Made by a program: the position numbers and the translations under genes. From assembly GCF_009914755.1 (NCBI RefSeq), contig NC_060932.1: a stretch of 64,000 nucleotides of DNA; one strand, 5' to 3'. Shown one piece after another: positions 27,700 to 40,926 of the stretch. The notes under the pieces are model-generated. The model was not told the origin of the DNA and made no database searches. It was given only the letters and a program-made list of their open reading frames with translations. How positions within the stretch are numbered: position 1 is the first letter of the stretch; each line of letters begins with the position of its first letter. The DNA comes from the human T2T-CHM13v2.0 reference genome, Homo sapiens.

Positions 27700-30060
27700 T
27701 CAGACATTCTAGAGTGTGTGGAATACTGTCTCAATATGGCTTTAATTTACATTTTTTGATGACTAATGAGGTTGAAAACCTTGTCATGTTTGCTTAGATA
27801 TTCAAATAACTTCTTTTTGAAGTATCTTCTTTAGTCTTTACCCATTTAAAAAATTGCGTTATTTTACCTTTTTTACTGCTGATTTGTAGGAGGTCTTTAT
27901 ATATTCTGGATAAAAGCTTTGTCAGATATATGTGCTGTGAATATTTCTCCCTATTCTCTTGCTTGAATATTTTATTTTCTAAATGGTGCCTTGTGAAGTT
28001 TTTAGTTCTGATGAAGTTCAGTTTATCATTTTTTTTTTAATGCTTAGTCATTCTTTTGTCCTGTCCAATAATTCTTTTCTAATGTTTCAACAATATTCGG
28101 TAGTGTTTTCTAGACAATAGGAACATTTAAATTATGATTATTTTTAGTTTGTAAGAGTGCTTTCAGACTATTTTTCTTTCTGCCGTCTTTTAAAATTTTA
28201 TTTTCAGTACTTCTAGATAATTGATTGTGCTGTACAGTTTAACTGTGTCCTTATATTCTGCCTATTATGTCTGTTAATTATTAACAAAGGAGTATGGAAG
28301 TCTCCAACTTTAATAGTGGATTCATCTATTTCTCCTTGCAGTTCTATTAGTTTTTGCCTCATGTATTTTGATGTTCTGTTGTTAGTCACATAATAATAAG
28401 GATTGTTGTGTTTTTCTTGAGAATGAGCCCTTTATATTATGTAATGCCTGTCTTTATCCCTACTGATTTTTCTTGCTCTGAGGTCTGCTTTGTCTGAAAC
28501 TAATAGAGCTCCTGAGCTTTCTTTTGATTAGTGTTACAGCATATCTTTCTCCATCCCTTTGTTTTTATTCTGTTGTATCTTTGTATTTAGAGGGTTTTGT
28601 GTAGACAGCATTTAGTTGGGTCATGTTTTTAAATCCACTTTGATAGTCTCTGTCTTTTCATTGGTATACTTAGACCATTTACATTTAAAGTGATGATTAA
28701 TAAAGTTGTTTCATTATCTGCCATATTCATAACTATTTTCTATTGATTGCTCTTGTTATTTTTTCTTTTGTCATTTGTTTTCTGCCTTCTCTGATTTAAT
28801 TGAGCATTTATAGAATTTCGTATTTTCTCTCTCTTAGTGTATCAGTTATACTTCTTTTTAAATTTTTTAAATAGCTGTCTGAGAGTTTGCAATATATATT
28901 TAGAACTATCCAAGTCAACTTTCAAGTAACACTATACTGATTCACAGTTAGGGCAAATACCTTACAACAGAGTATTTTTAATTCTTCTCTTTCGTCATTT
29001 GTAACACTGCTTTCATTCATTTTACTTATTCATAAATCATAATCACCAAATATATTGTTGCTGTTACTACTTTGAGCAAACTGTTATCTGATCGATTAAG
29101 AATAAGTAAAATTTTATTTTACCTTTATTTATTCATTTTCTAATGCTCTTTCTTTCTTTATATATTAGAACCTTCCAAAGGTTCTAACCAATATTATTTT
29201 CCTTTTCTCTGAAGAGCAGCTTTTAACATTTCTTGAAAGGCAGGTCTGCTGACAGCAAATTGCTTTAATTTTTGTTTGTCTGGAGTATATTTCTCTGTCA
29301 CATTTAATGGGCAGTTTCTCAGGATACAGAATTCTAAGTTGGTTTTCTCTCAGAACACTTTAAATATTTCCCTCTACTCTTTTCTTGTTTGCATGGTTTC
29401 TGAAGAGAAGTCTGATATAATTCTTATCCTTGTACCTGTATAAGTAATGTGTTTTTTTCTTCTGGCATCTTTTAAGATTTTCTCTTTGTTTTTGATTTTC
29501 TGTAATTTGAATTTTATATCCGTTGGTGTAGATTTTTTGCTATTTATTCTGCTTGATGTTCTTAGAGCTTACTGGATCTGTAGTTTTGTGTCTATCATAA
29601 GTTTAGGAAAATTTTCAACGATTAAACATTTTCTATATTTCTTTCTTTTTTCCCTTCTAGTATTCCATTACATATATATGACATCTTTTGTAATTGTACA
29701 CACTTCTTGGATATTGTGTTCTATTATTTTTCTCTTTTTATTTCAATTTTGAAAGTTTGTATTGATAATTCTTCAACCTCCTGACTCTTTTGAGTTATGC
29801 CCAATCTACTGATAAGCCCAAGCCCATCAAAGGCATTCATCATTTCTTTTGCATTGTTTTTGATTTCCAGTATTTTCTTTTGATTCTTTTTTAGAGTTTC
29901 CATCTCTGTTTACATTACCCATCTGTTTTTGCATCCTGTTTACTTTTTCCATTAGAGTTGTGAAAATACATGTCATTGTTTAAATTCCTAGTCTGTTTAT
30001 GCCAGTACTTCTACCATATCTACATCTGGTCCTGATGCTTGTTCTGTCTTCAACTTGTGT
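27700..30060 (-). mobile_element. Old L1M fragments (antisense) filling intron 4
   Basis: T-rich strand; motifs such as AAGTCTCCAACT..GTGGATTCATCTATTTCTCCTTGCAGTTCTAT (reverse of the ORF2 endonuclease region) and CTGAAGAGAAGTCTG. Boundaries approximate. Confidence 0.75.
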
Positions 30061-30352
30061 GGCTAGTTTTTACTTTTGTACTTTGGACAAATTGAATCAG
30101 TATTTTTTTAAGGGAAATTTTCTATAAGTACTATATACATGATTTGCTTTACTTAACAAAATAAGAATGTAGTAAACGTTTACTGTTATATGAAGATGGA
30201 AGACTTCGGTAACGATTATAAATGCATTTAAAGCAATTATAAATGCATTTAAATTAAAATATTAAAGCCAGTTTAATTTTTTTCTGTATTTACTATTTAT
30301 CACTATATTTTTAAGGTAATAATTGTAGATGTTTCTTTTTCTTTTTAAATAG

Positions 30353-30410
30353 ATATGATGATGCTATACAGCTATATGATAGGATTTTACAAGAAGATCC
30401 AACTAACACT
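30353..30410 (+). CDS. EMC2: EMC2 coding exon 5 ([20 protein letters not shown]), TPR-type helices
   Basis: Acceptor ctttttaaatAG; donor GTAAGT; 58 nt; cumulative 363 nt. Confidence 0.98.
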
Positions 30411-30628
30411 GTAAGTTGGCAGATTGTCTTGAAAAAAATCTAAAGTTTAATTTAAAAGATAAAATTAATCGAGGAAATAATAGAAAGATACATAAGGAAC
30501 TAGGTCTTATATTTTTAATTTTTAATTAAAAAATATTTTTATTTTTAATTTTAAATAGTTCATGATGGGCCACAGTTTATTTTAAATAGATTTAAGACTC
30601 TCCAATAAAATTTGACTTCTCACCCTCA

Positions 30629-30899
<271 letters not shown>

Positions 30900-31770
30900 C
30901 TATGTGTTTGCATAAAATATTTTGAAGTTTATGAAATACTGAGTTGTTTAATTTGTGCAGTTACTTTTTAGTTGTCTTAATGAAAAAAAAGCCATTTCAA
31001 TAATTAGTATATGGAATTAATGAAGGCATTTTATTTTGTTTTTGCTTTTTTCTGCCTTATACATGAATAAGAAGAAACATACCCCTTTAATTTAGTGTAA
31101 TTTTGAACAAGTATATTAGTTTATTGGATAGAATATTTGTTCTGAAGATACCTATATAGTAGTATTTGTTTGAAAAATACCCTGGTGAATTCTGTTTTTG
31201 ATGTTGAGAACATTATAGTTTATTGCCATAATAGATTCCCTCAGACTTAACCTTTTAACTAAAAAGTTACAGAGAGACTTTAGATAATACATCAGTCATT
31301 TTAATGTTTTATGTCATTATTTCCACGCACACATATGCCTGCTAAAAGAAAATAAGTATTTTTAAAAATTTTAAACAAAAACCAGGTTGAGTTTTTTTCT
31401 TTTATAGAAGGAGAAATTGTTGTATTAACACAATAAAGATACATGAAGTTTCTCTCTTATTTGGCAAGTATTTCTTTAAAAATATACATTAAAAAATCTT
31501 ATATAATGTCTGACTGTAGATTTTAAGATGTAAAATGCTTAATAATTTAACAACAGTAACTTGATGTCTGTAGTTTCTAGAGCACATTTATCTCAGGCAC
31601 TGATCATAAATCCCTTATCTCTGCTTATTTCCTTTGATATTCTGTAATGATACTTATGTATTATAGTAGTTGGTATGTTTCTTAAATGATAGTTGCTTAC
31701 TTTTAGTCTTTTCCCACCCCAGGGAGATTTTCTGTGGAAATTCCCTAGGGTTTTTGTTTTTCTTTTTGAG

Positions 31771-31796
31771 TGGGTGTGTGGGGGTTTGTGTAGGGA

Positions 31797-31831
<35 letters not shown>
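31771..31831. repeat. (TG)n microsatellite
   Basis: Directly visible; abuts the THE1 3' LTR. Confidence 0.95.
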
Positions 31832-31832
<1 letters not shown>

Positions 31833-31861
31833 TATGTATTAGTCCATTTTCATGCTGTCTA

Positions 31862-34158
31862 TGTATTAGTCCATTTTCATGCTGCTGATAAAGACATACC
31901 TGAGACTGGGCAATTTATAAAAGAAAAAGGTTTATTGGACTTACAGTTTCTCATGGCTGGGGAGGCCTCACAATCATAACAAAAGGCAAGGAGGAACAAG
32001 TTAAATCTACTGTAGATGACAGCAGGCAAAGAGAGCTTGTGCAGGGAAACTCCCATTTTTAAAACCATCAGCTCTCACTATCAGAGACTCTTTCACTATC
32101 ACAAGAACAGTGCAGGAGATACCCGCCCCCATAATTCAGTCACCTCCCACTGGGTTCCTCCCATGACATATGTGAATTGTGGAAGTTACAATTCAAGATG
32201 AGATTTGGGTGAGGACACAGTCAAACCATATCATTCTGCCCCTGGCCCCTCCCAAATCTCACGTCCTCACATTTCAAAACCAATCATGCCTTCCCAACAG
32301 TCTCCGAAAGTCTTAACTCATTTCAACATTAATTCAGAAGTCCACAGTCCAGCATCTCATCTGAGATAAGGCAAGTCCCTTCCACCTATGATCCTGTAAA
32401 ATCAAAGGCAAGTTAGTTACTTCCTAGATACAGTGGGGGTACAGGCATTGGATAAATACAGCCATTCCAAATGGGGGAAATTGGCCCAAACAAAGAGGCT
32501 ACAGGCCCCATGCAAGTCTGAAATCCAGCGGGGCAGTGGAATCTTAAAGCTGCAGAATGATCTCCTTTGACTCCATGTCTCACATCCAGGTAATGCTGAT
32601 GCAGGAGGTGGATTCCTATGGTCTTGGGCAGCTCCGCCCCATGGCTTTGCAGGGTACATCCTCTGGATGCTTTCACAGGCTGGTGTTGAGTGTCTTTAGA
32701 TTTTCCAGGTGCATGGTGCAAGCTGTCAGTGGTTCTACCATTCTGGGGTCTGGAGGACGGTGGCCCTTTTCTCACAGCTCCATTAGGCAGTGCCCTAGTA
32801 GGGACTCTTGTGTGGGGGCTCTGGCCCCACATTTCACTTCCATACTACCCTAGCAGAGGTTCTCCATGGTAGCCCCGCCCGTGCAACAAACTTCTGCCTG
32901 GACATGTAGCCATTTCCATATACCCTCTGAAATCTAGACAGGGGTTCCTAAACCTCAATTCTTGACTTCTTTGCACTCACAGGCTCAACACCACGTGGAA
33001 GCTGCCAAGACCTGAGGCTTGTACCCTCTGAAGCCACTGCTTGAGCTCTGTGTTGGTCCCTTTCGGCCACAGGGGGAGTGGCTGGGATGCAAGGCACCAA
33101 GTCCCTAGGTTGCACACAGCACGGGACCTTGGGCCTGGCTCATGAAACTACCTTTTCCTCCTAGGACTCCAGGCCTGTGATGGGAGGGGCTGCCATGAAG
33201 ACCTCTGACGTGCCCTGGAGACATTTTCCCTTTTGTCTGTGGAATTAACATTCAGCTCCTTGTTACTTATGCAAATTTCTGCAGCTGGCTTGAATTTCTT
33301 CTCAGAAAATGGGGTTTACTTTTCTATTGCATTGTCAGGCTGCAAATTTTCTGAACTTGCCCTGTTTCCCTTGTAAAACTGAATGCCTTTAACAGCACCC
33401 AAGCCACCTCTTGAATGCTTTGCTGCTTAGCAATTTCTTCTACCAGATACCCTAAATCATCTCTCTCAAGTTCAGAGTTCCACACATCTCTAGGGCAGGG
33501 GCAAAATGCCACCAGTCTCTTTGCTAAAACATAACGAGTCACTTTTGCTCCAGTTTCCAACAAGTTCCTCATCTCCATCTGAGACCACCTCGGCCTGAAT
33601 TTCATTGTCCGTATCATTAGCATTTTGGGCAAAACCATTCAACAAGTCTGTAGGGAGTTACAAACTTTCCCACATTTTCCCATCTTCTTCTGACCCCTCC
33701 AAACTGTTTCAGTCTCTGCCAGTACCCAGTTCCAAAGTTGCTTCCACATTTTCAGGTATCTTCAGCAACACCCCACTCTACTGGTATCAATTTACTGTGT
33801 TACTCGGTTTTCATGCTACTGATAAAGACATACCCGAGAAGACTGGGCAATTTACAAAAGAATAAGGTGTATTGGACTTACAGTTCCACATGGCTGGGGA
33901 GGCCTCACAGTCATGGTAGAAGGCAAGGAGGAGCAAGTCACATCTTACATGGATGACAGCATGCAAAGAGAGCTTGTGCAGGGAAACTCCCATTTTAAAA
34001 CTGTCAGATCTTGTGAGACTCATTCACTATCATGAGAACAGTGCAGGAAAGACACGCCCCATAATTCAGTCACCTCTCACTGGGTTCTTCCCATGATGCA
34101 AGGGAATTGTGGGATTTCCAATTCAAGATGAGATTTGAGTGGGGACACAGCCAAGCCA

Positions 34159-34163
<5 letters not shown>
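31862..34163 (-). mobile_element. Full-length THE1A-like MaLR (LTR-internal-LTR), antisense in intron 5
   Basis: LTRs at 33796-34163 (5') and 31862-32233 (3'); the minus-strand internal region starts GTAAATTGATACCAGTAGAG and ends in the polypurine tract GGGAGGGGCCAGGGGCAGAA. Confidence 0.93.

Positions 34164-34220
<57 letters not shown>
34162..34220. repeat. Compound (GA)n(GT)n microsatellite
   Basis: Directly visible; abuts the THE1 5' LTR. Confidence 0.95.
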
Positions 34221-34875
34221 ATTGTTTTGTTCTAGATAGCTGAGAACTTTCATTATTTTGTGAAGATTCTCAGAATATAGAAAGTTCAAGGAAAAATTTT
34301 GACAGTTGCAAACCTATCTGTAATAAAAAATAAAAATAAGAAATAGCTTCTATAAGCTTATGTAGATACTGAGAATAAAACGTTAAAATTGGAAAGTTTT
34401 TGAATGATTTCCTAATCTAACAATTCTAATAGCTTACTGTCTTAGTTCAACAATTTCTTAGAAAAAGCACCCATTTTTTTCTGAAGATTTTCTCCTGTAC
34501 TTATTTCTTATTCTTAATTTATAAGACTTCACTGTGGTTTCAAAGATACTCATTTTTCTCTTAGCCATAGATTGAAAAAACTGAAATCAGATTTCTGAAA
34601 ACAACTTCTGAATTTTATATTTCTCATCCCAGGTTAAAAATCGATGTAATTTAAGTCAATTTTGGAATTAGGAGTACAATATTTTGATTCTGTCTCAGTT
34701 TACATTGGGAATTTTTAATAAGTTATTTCACTTCTTCAGACTATAAGATAATATGTGATTAATTATTGCTCTGTCTTTGTAGTATCTTTCATATTTTATG
34801 GCTTTTTGTGACTTTTAAAACTGGCTAAAAGAGAAATCCAAATGGTTCCCCTCATAGAATATGTGTGAAGTGGTA

Positions 34876-35234
34876 CAGATTGAACATCCTTAACCTGAAA
34901 ATTTGTAATCCAAAGTGCCTCAAAATTCAACACTTTTTGAAGAATGAAATAATGTCACAGGTGGAAAATTTCACCCCGATCACATGTGATGAGTCACAGT
35001 CAAAACACAATGAAAACTTTGTTTTCTGCACAAAATTACTTAAAATACTGTATAAAATTGTTACCTTCAGGATATGTGTATAAGGTGTATAGGAAATGTA
35101 AACCAATTTTGTGTTTAGAGTTGGATCCTTATTGCTGTGATATCTCAGGTATACAGAAATATTCCAAAATTTGAAAATATCTGAGATGTGAAGCACTTCT
35201 AGTTTCAAGCATTTTGTATAAGGGATACTCCCTG
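34876..35234. mobile_element. Tigger4b-like non-autonomous DNA transposon
   Basis: TA|CAGATTGAACATCCTTAA ... TAAGGGATACTCCCTG|TA: degenerate terminal inverted repeats with a TA TSD. Confidence 0.82.
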
Positions 35235-36298
35235 TAGTAACTAAATCCCTTAGCGGTTAGGTAAACATTCGAGAGCAAAGCGACTTAATTCAGCTTTGCT
35301 AAATGTATTATTCTTGTATCAAACATGATCTAATCTTTTTTCAGTCCCTTCTTTCCTTCTGTAAACATGTATTGAATACCTCTCATGAACCATCAAAGAG
35401 TTGCTCTTAGTAAGAGTAGAGATACTGTTTCTGTTCCTATATCCTTAGGAAGCACTGTGCTAGACATTGAAGGAGAAAACATAGCCATAAAAGACCTAGA
35501 ACTAATAAAGTCTATAAGTAGACTTCACTAATATGCAACAGCTAAAGTTACTCCACAGAAGACATCGCCGTTTCTTTTTCCAAAGCAACTTAGTATCTCA
35601 AAGGCGGGAAAGTCTAGTTTTATTCTCATTTACTGTTGCTCCCTGCATTGTTGAAAAGTGATCACGTGACCTTTTATTTGTCTTATGCCTCTGTGTTTCT
35701 GGATATCCAGTATAGAAATGAAGTTGTTCATTGAAGCTTTAAGCAGCTGTACTTCCTATTCACATGCATTCATTATTCTTTCAGAGAACATTTGTTATGC
35801 TTGCAGTGTGCATGGTAGTGAGAACAAACACAAGGATGAATTAGCCTTTTCTGTGCTTCTAGTGAGGTAGCATGATGTGATGAACATGCTGTAGACTTTG
35901 AAACTGATTTATTAAATTCTCTTTCTTTGATGACTTGCTGCATGGGTTTTGAGTCTGGAAGGCCTTAAAGGATGAGTGTGACTTAAATGATACAAAGACA
36001 TTGTATCCCAAGTGAATGCATGAATAAGCCTTTATTAAAGTACAAGCATTATTAAAGTACAAGGCCTGCTTAGGAAAGAAGGAATAAGGTAATTAGAATG
36101 GAAGTTTCAAAATTTTTTATTTGAAAGAATGGTGGAATGGCATACCTTCTTCCCATCTTTTTTAAAGTTCTGAAATACTCTATTGAGAAAGTCATACACA
36201 TGTTAAAAATTGTGGACAATATAAAATGATATGGTAAAAAAAAAATAAGTCTGTTCCTCTATTCCTGAGCTCAGGTCCTCCTTCCCTTAGGGAAGCAC

Positions 36299-36572
36299 TT
36301 TTTTTTTATTTTGAGATGGAGTCTTGCTCTGTCGCCAGGCTGTGGCTCACTGCAACCTCCGCCTCCCGGGTTCAAGTGATTCTCCTGCCTCAGCCTCCGG
36401 GGTAGCTGGGACTACAGGCACGTGCCACCATGCCCAGCTAATTTTTGTATTTTTAGTAGAGATGGGGTTTCACCATGTTGGCCAGGATGGTCTTGATCTC
36501 TTGACCTTGTGATCTGCCTGCCTCAGCCTCTCAAAGTGCTGGGATTACAGGCATGAGCCAATGCGCCCGGCC
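36299..36572 (-). mobile_element. AluSc-like element (antisense) with a small right-arm deletion
   Basis: CAGGATGGTCTTGATCTCTTGACCTTGTGATC; TSD AGG(G/C)AAGCACT. Confidence 0.9.
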
Positions 36573-36639
36573 AGGCAAGCACTGTTAATGATTTTTCTGT
36601 GTGATCTTTCAGAGATATTTTTCATGCACAAATAGGCCT

Positions 36640-36716
36640 GCGCGTGTGTGTGTGTGTTTGTGTGCATGTGTGTGTGTTTTGTGTGCGTGTGTGTGTGTGT
36701 GTGTGTGCGTGTGTGT
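36640..36716. repeat. Interrupted (TG)n microsatellite
   Basis: Directly visible. Confidence 0.95.
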
Positions 36717-37227
36717 ATTCCTCTGACAGGGAGAATGGTTAGAAATGCAAATGTGGTATACTCTATGTAACAATATAGTTTAAAGATCATGCCATGTCAT
36801 CACATCCTTTACATTATCCTGTTGAGTAGGATTGCATTGCGTGGATATATAGTCCCTTGTCTTGATGAAAAAGTTTCTTTAAGTCCCCTTGGTGAACTTG
36901 GTGAACCTTTAGGATGATTCTGATATTTCCTCTCAGAAACAGTTTTTCAGTGGATGTCATTGGTGGGATGAATCTTTAGAGGTGAAATGTCTGGGTCAGG
37001 AGGTCCATGGATTTTAAATTTTGATTGATGTTACAAATTTCCTTCTGAAAAGGCTTTTTATTCATCTGTACCCACTTTCTGTGGCATATGAGAGTGCCAC
37101 TTTCCCCATATCCTGCCACGTGGTATATTATCAGCTTTTTTCTTTTAATAGTTGCCAGTCTAATTAGTTAAAAATGTTATTTTGTTATAATTTGCATTAT
37201 GAGTACTGCTGAACATCTTTTAATATT

Positions 37228-37327
37228 GTTTTTTTTTTGAGAAGGAGTCTCGCTCTGTCTCCCAGGCTGGAGTGCAGTGGTGCAATCTCGGCTCATTGCA
37301 AGCTCTGTGCCGGGATTACAGGAGTGA
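37228..37327 (-). mobile_element. Internally deleted AluY-like remnant inside an old L1
   Basis: Poly-T, right-arm end with GCAAGCTC, fused to GGGATTACAGGAGTGA; 17-bp TSD GAACATCTTTTAATATT. Confidence 0.85.
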
Positions 37328-38173
37328 GAACATCTTTTAATATTCTTAAACAGCTATGGGATTACAGGAGTGAGAACATCTTTTAATATTCTTAAACAGC
37401 CATTTGTATTTTTCTTTCTGAGCTGTCTCCTTTTACGCTTTTTTCAAATTTCATTTCTCTTCTGATAAAGAGAGGGCAAGGTTCTGGTGCTCTGCCTAGT
37501 TAACTTTCTCCTCCTCCTCTTATTTACTTCTGAGGAAGACAGTATTTTATACCTCTGAGTTGATTCCTTATACAGAGTAGCTAGAAGTACAAAAAGAAGG
37601 TCTACATTTGTGAACAGCTTGGTAATTTTTAATTTTTATTCTTAGAGAATGGAGTATGAAGTCAAATTTTGATTAGGTAAATATCATCAGTTAGTTTTAG
37701 AGATAATGTGTCATCGAAATAGGATATATTTTGAAGGAGATGAGAAAAGTAATTTGGAGGCTGTTCTTAGGCTAGAGATTATGGGAATCTAAAACTAAGA
37801 CAGGTGGAATTGGAGGGGACTGGGCTACTGTCAGCCTTTATTTTTTATGTTACTCTAGTACCAGTTTTGGCACTTTTTTTTTCGGCTTGCGTTTTGAAAA
37901 TGATTGACTTTTCATACTTTGAATCTTCCTTAAGGGGAAAAAATTATATCCATTGAGTGGGAGAGTGCCCAGCATTTGGTAGGCTTCCAGCGAATACTTG
38001 TTGAAGGAATGCCTTTCAGAAAGCAGAGTAATTATTGTCTTTTAGTTGATTTCATACTTCAGAAGATCAGATTTTGTCCTGAATTGTGAACTCTGCCTAT
38101 TGTGATATATCAAATATTTGAAGTTTTATTTATGAATTAGATGTAATTTCCTCTGTGCCAAGGGTAAAGATGG

Positions 38174-39483
38174 TTTTTTTCGGTGAGGGGAGGGTGGGGG
38201 TCGATTTTTATTCAGGCTTCTCACAGTGGTTAGAGCCACTCTATCTTCAGAACAGTCACAACACAGGAAATGCACCACTGAGACTGCCTAGAAAAGTCTG
38301 ACCAGCTAAATCTTATTGCTTAAAATACACATATTCACAAAAACTGGTAAATGGTAACATGCCTCACACAGGAATGTGTTTGGATTTGCAAATATCCTGA
38401 CTGGCTGTAGCACCAAACCCTCCACTAACCCCTCATTCACCTGGAACACCAGTGTCACTCACATTTCCCTGGCCCCCTAACTATTCCTTCAATTCCTTAT
38501 AAAATCTCTCTCTGAGAAGGGTAGCCTCCTGTAGCAGGGGCCAGACTGTGACGTGGGAATTAAGCCCAGCTCTGCAGGTTGCATTTTCATCTTTTTCATC
38601 TTCTCACGCCTTGAGGGTAAGATGCTGCAGTGAATCCCACAGTTAACACTCAGCCAGTTCCCCCACTGTAACTGGGGAAAGAAACTTGAGAGGGTCAGAA
38701 TACATCCATTTGATTAGTAGTTAACTGAAAAAGGGTTCCTTTTGGTAAAACTTTTTCACCTTTGAGTCATTTCAATGAGTTATTTGAGATTCTTTAAAAA
38801 AGGTAAAGGAAAGGCATCGGAGGGGCTTTGACACACTCTGGCCAACTCTGGCCATACGCCAGCCTGCTTGTGCCCATTGGACTCAGTGGAGGGAGGCAGG
38901 CAGGCCCTGAGCTACCTCCAGTGCCAGCAAAGCCTCCTCCTGGCAATTCTGGGTGGGGATGATGTCTGGGCCACAGCTAGTCCAAGTCTGTCATTGAAGA
39001 TCCATTCAAGCTCCTGTTTGAAATTCCACCTTCTTCTGTCCCAAGTGGTTGTGGATACCCCCAGGGGTTGGTACGGAGGACCAGGTGCAGCCACAGGGGG
39101 CAGATAGGCTCAGAACATGTTTCCATTTACAGGAAACAGAACACAGGCCTCTGTGTGACTGTGGAGCAATGTGCAGATTGCAGTGATGAGTAGAGTAAAA
39201 CCTCCACTTTGAGCTCAGCATCTCTGGTGAACACAGGGAACTGCAGGCAACAATGCTGCTGAATACACCCGAGTGCACAGTCAGACGTGTTCCGTAAACG
39301 GTAAATGTGTAAGACCAATTATCTTGAGAGGGTATCTTGCTCCAGAAGATGCTTTTAAAATGCCGCATTTTCCAGGCTTCTAGGTATAAACCTTGGGGGC
39401 AGGGAACCTGGATTCTCCTTTCCTTTTGCTGGTCAACTGTCCAGTTCCTTCTGGGTCCCTGAGTCTGGAGTGAGGCAGGGGGG
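38174..39483 (-). pseudogene. 5'-truncated processed retrocopy of an mRNA 3' UTR (parent not firmly identified)
   Basis: Higher-GC, non-repeat-like island in an AT-rich intron; minus-strand AATAAA (TTTATT ~38207-38212) followed by a residual A run; degenerate flanking direct repeat (14/18). Confidence 0.7.
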
Positions 39484-40926
39484 AGGTTATAGATTGTATT
39501 TTGCCGGTAGGCCTTAATCCTTTAATCCTTTTCTAGGTAGTATCTCTTCCCCAGGTAGCCTATTTAAAATAAAAAAATGTATGTCTTTCAGAAAAAATTG
39601 CTAGCTAGCCCTATTCTGAGTAATATTATAGAAGGCATGTAGCCAGTTGGATGAAGATTTATTCATGGTCTTTAAAAGTTTGAAACAAATTATATAGGTT
39701 TCCATTTATTGTTTGGCACTAGTGTATATATATCTTTAGTTGGGAAAATCTTACAGGAGCATGACTCTTCCAATTCTAGTCTTCATTCAGGGTCTAGCTG
39801 TCCTGTAGCCACCTTCCCTTTGATTGTTTTAGTAAACATCACAATAACCTTTATGCTCACTCCAAAGTTTAAACAATACTGTACTTTTTAGTTGTTCTTT
39901 CTCAATTTTATTTATATTTAACACATGTCACTTAAAAGAATGTGAATTCTCTGAAGCCAGGGATTGAACCTTATGTATTCGATGCTCTTTGAAGAAAATA
40001 GAATAGGATCTATGTTGTTGGCCAGTTGATTTACTTTTGAATAATGGAGTAAATTGTTTGTGGTTCGTGGTATTCTTTTAGTAGCGTGTTTTTCACTATC
40101 ATACATGGGTTCTTCAGAACTATTGTTGCATTTCTTAATGCCTCCAGATTGTTTATTCAGAACATCGATTAAGGCTGCAGACAAATTATATGAATTGATA
40201 TTGGCTAAAAATCTTCTAAACTTTGTGAGGTCAAAAAATGTAATTATTAGCATTTATTAAGGGATGATATAATTTGTTTATTGAGCTATGATTTTGTTAA
40301 TTTTTAAAAAACATTTAAGTGAAGCATGTTCAGTTAAAAGAACAACTTATATGGTCATCCAGATTTCTACTTTACAACTGAGAAAAAGCTGCAGCTTTCT
40401 ACAGAACAGAGTATAAATATGAGGAAAATGGTGAAAGGGAGTGATAGAATTGAAGAAAATGATGATGATGTGATAATGAAGAAAGGAAATGTTTATCAGA
40501 TATTTACTATGGGCCATCACTGAGCTAAACACTTTACATATATTATCCCATTAATTGTCATCATAATCCTTTCAGATATTGTCTTTATTCTATAGGCATA
40601 CAAGGTCAGAGAGAAGTTAAGTGACTTGCCCAAGATCTTACAGTTAGTAAGAAATTCTGGATAGGTACTTTGATTTCAGAAATTAAGGCTCTTTATCATG
40701 AGGAAAGAAGCAATGGTAGTAAATGGGATTGAGAGTAGGTAGTTAATACACATGACAACCAGCTGTTACCCCTACAGAAATTTTATTATTCAAATTTAGT
40801 CAGTTAACGAGACTGTACTTGCTGCTGTTGAAGAGTATGTGAAGACTAATAACTTGTTTTTATTTTTAAAAATCTAAGTATAATTTTTATTTTATAGAAT
40901 ATTATGCTAAGGAAGCTATGATAGAA

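Noticed and set aside
32413-34023. Cluster of ORFs up to 139 aa
   Set aside because: All lie within the THE1 internal region or LTRs; decayed MaLR frames.
38868-39368. Four ORFs in the GC-richer intronic island as a nested gene
   Set aside because: Short, overlapping on both strands, with no recognisable domain; better explained as chance ORFs in a UTR-derived retrocopy.
39520-39560. Possible in-frame 18-nt micro-exon (CTAG|GTAGTATCTCTTCCCCAG|GTAGCC)
   Set aside because: Weak donor, ambiguous boundaries and no supporting enhancer motif; cannot be supported without junction data.
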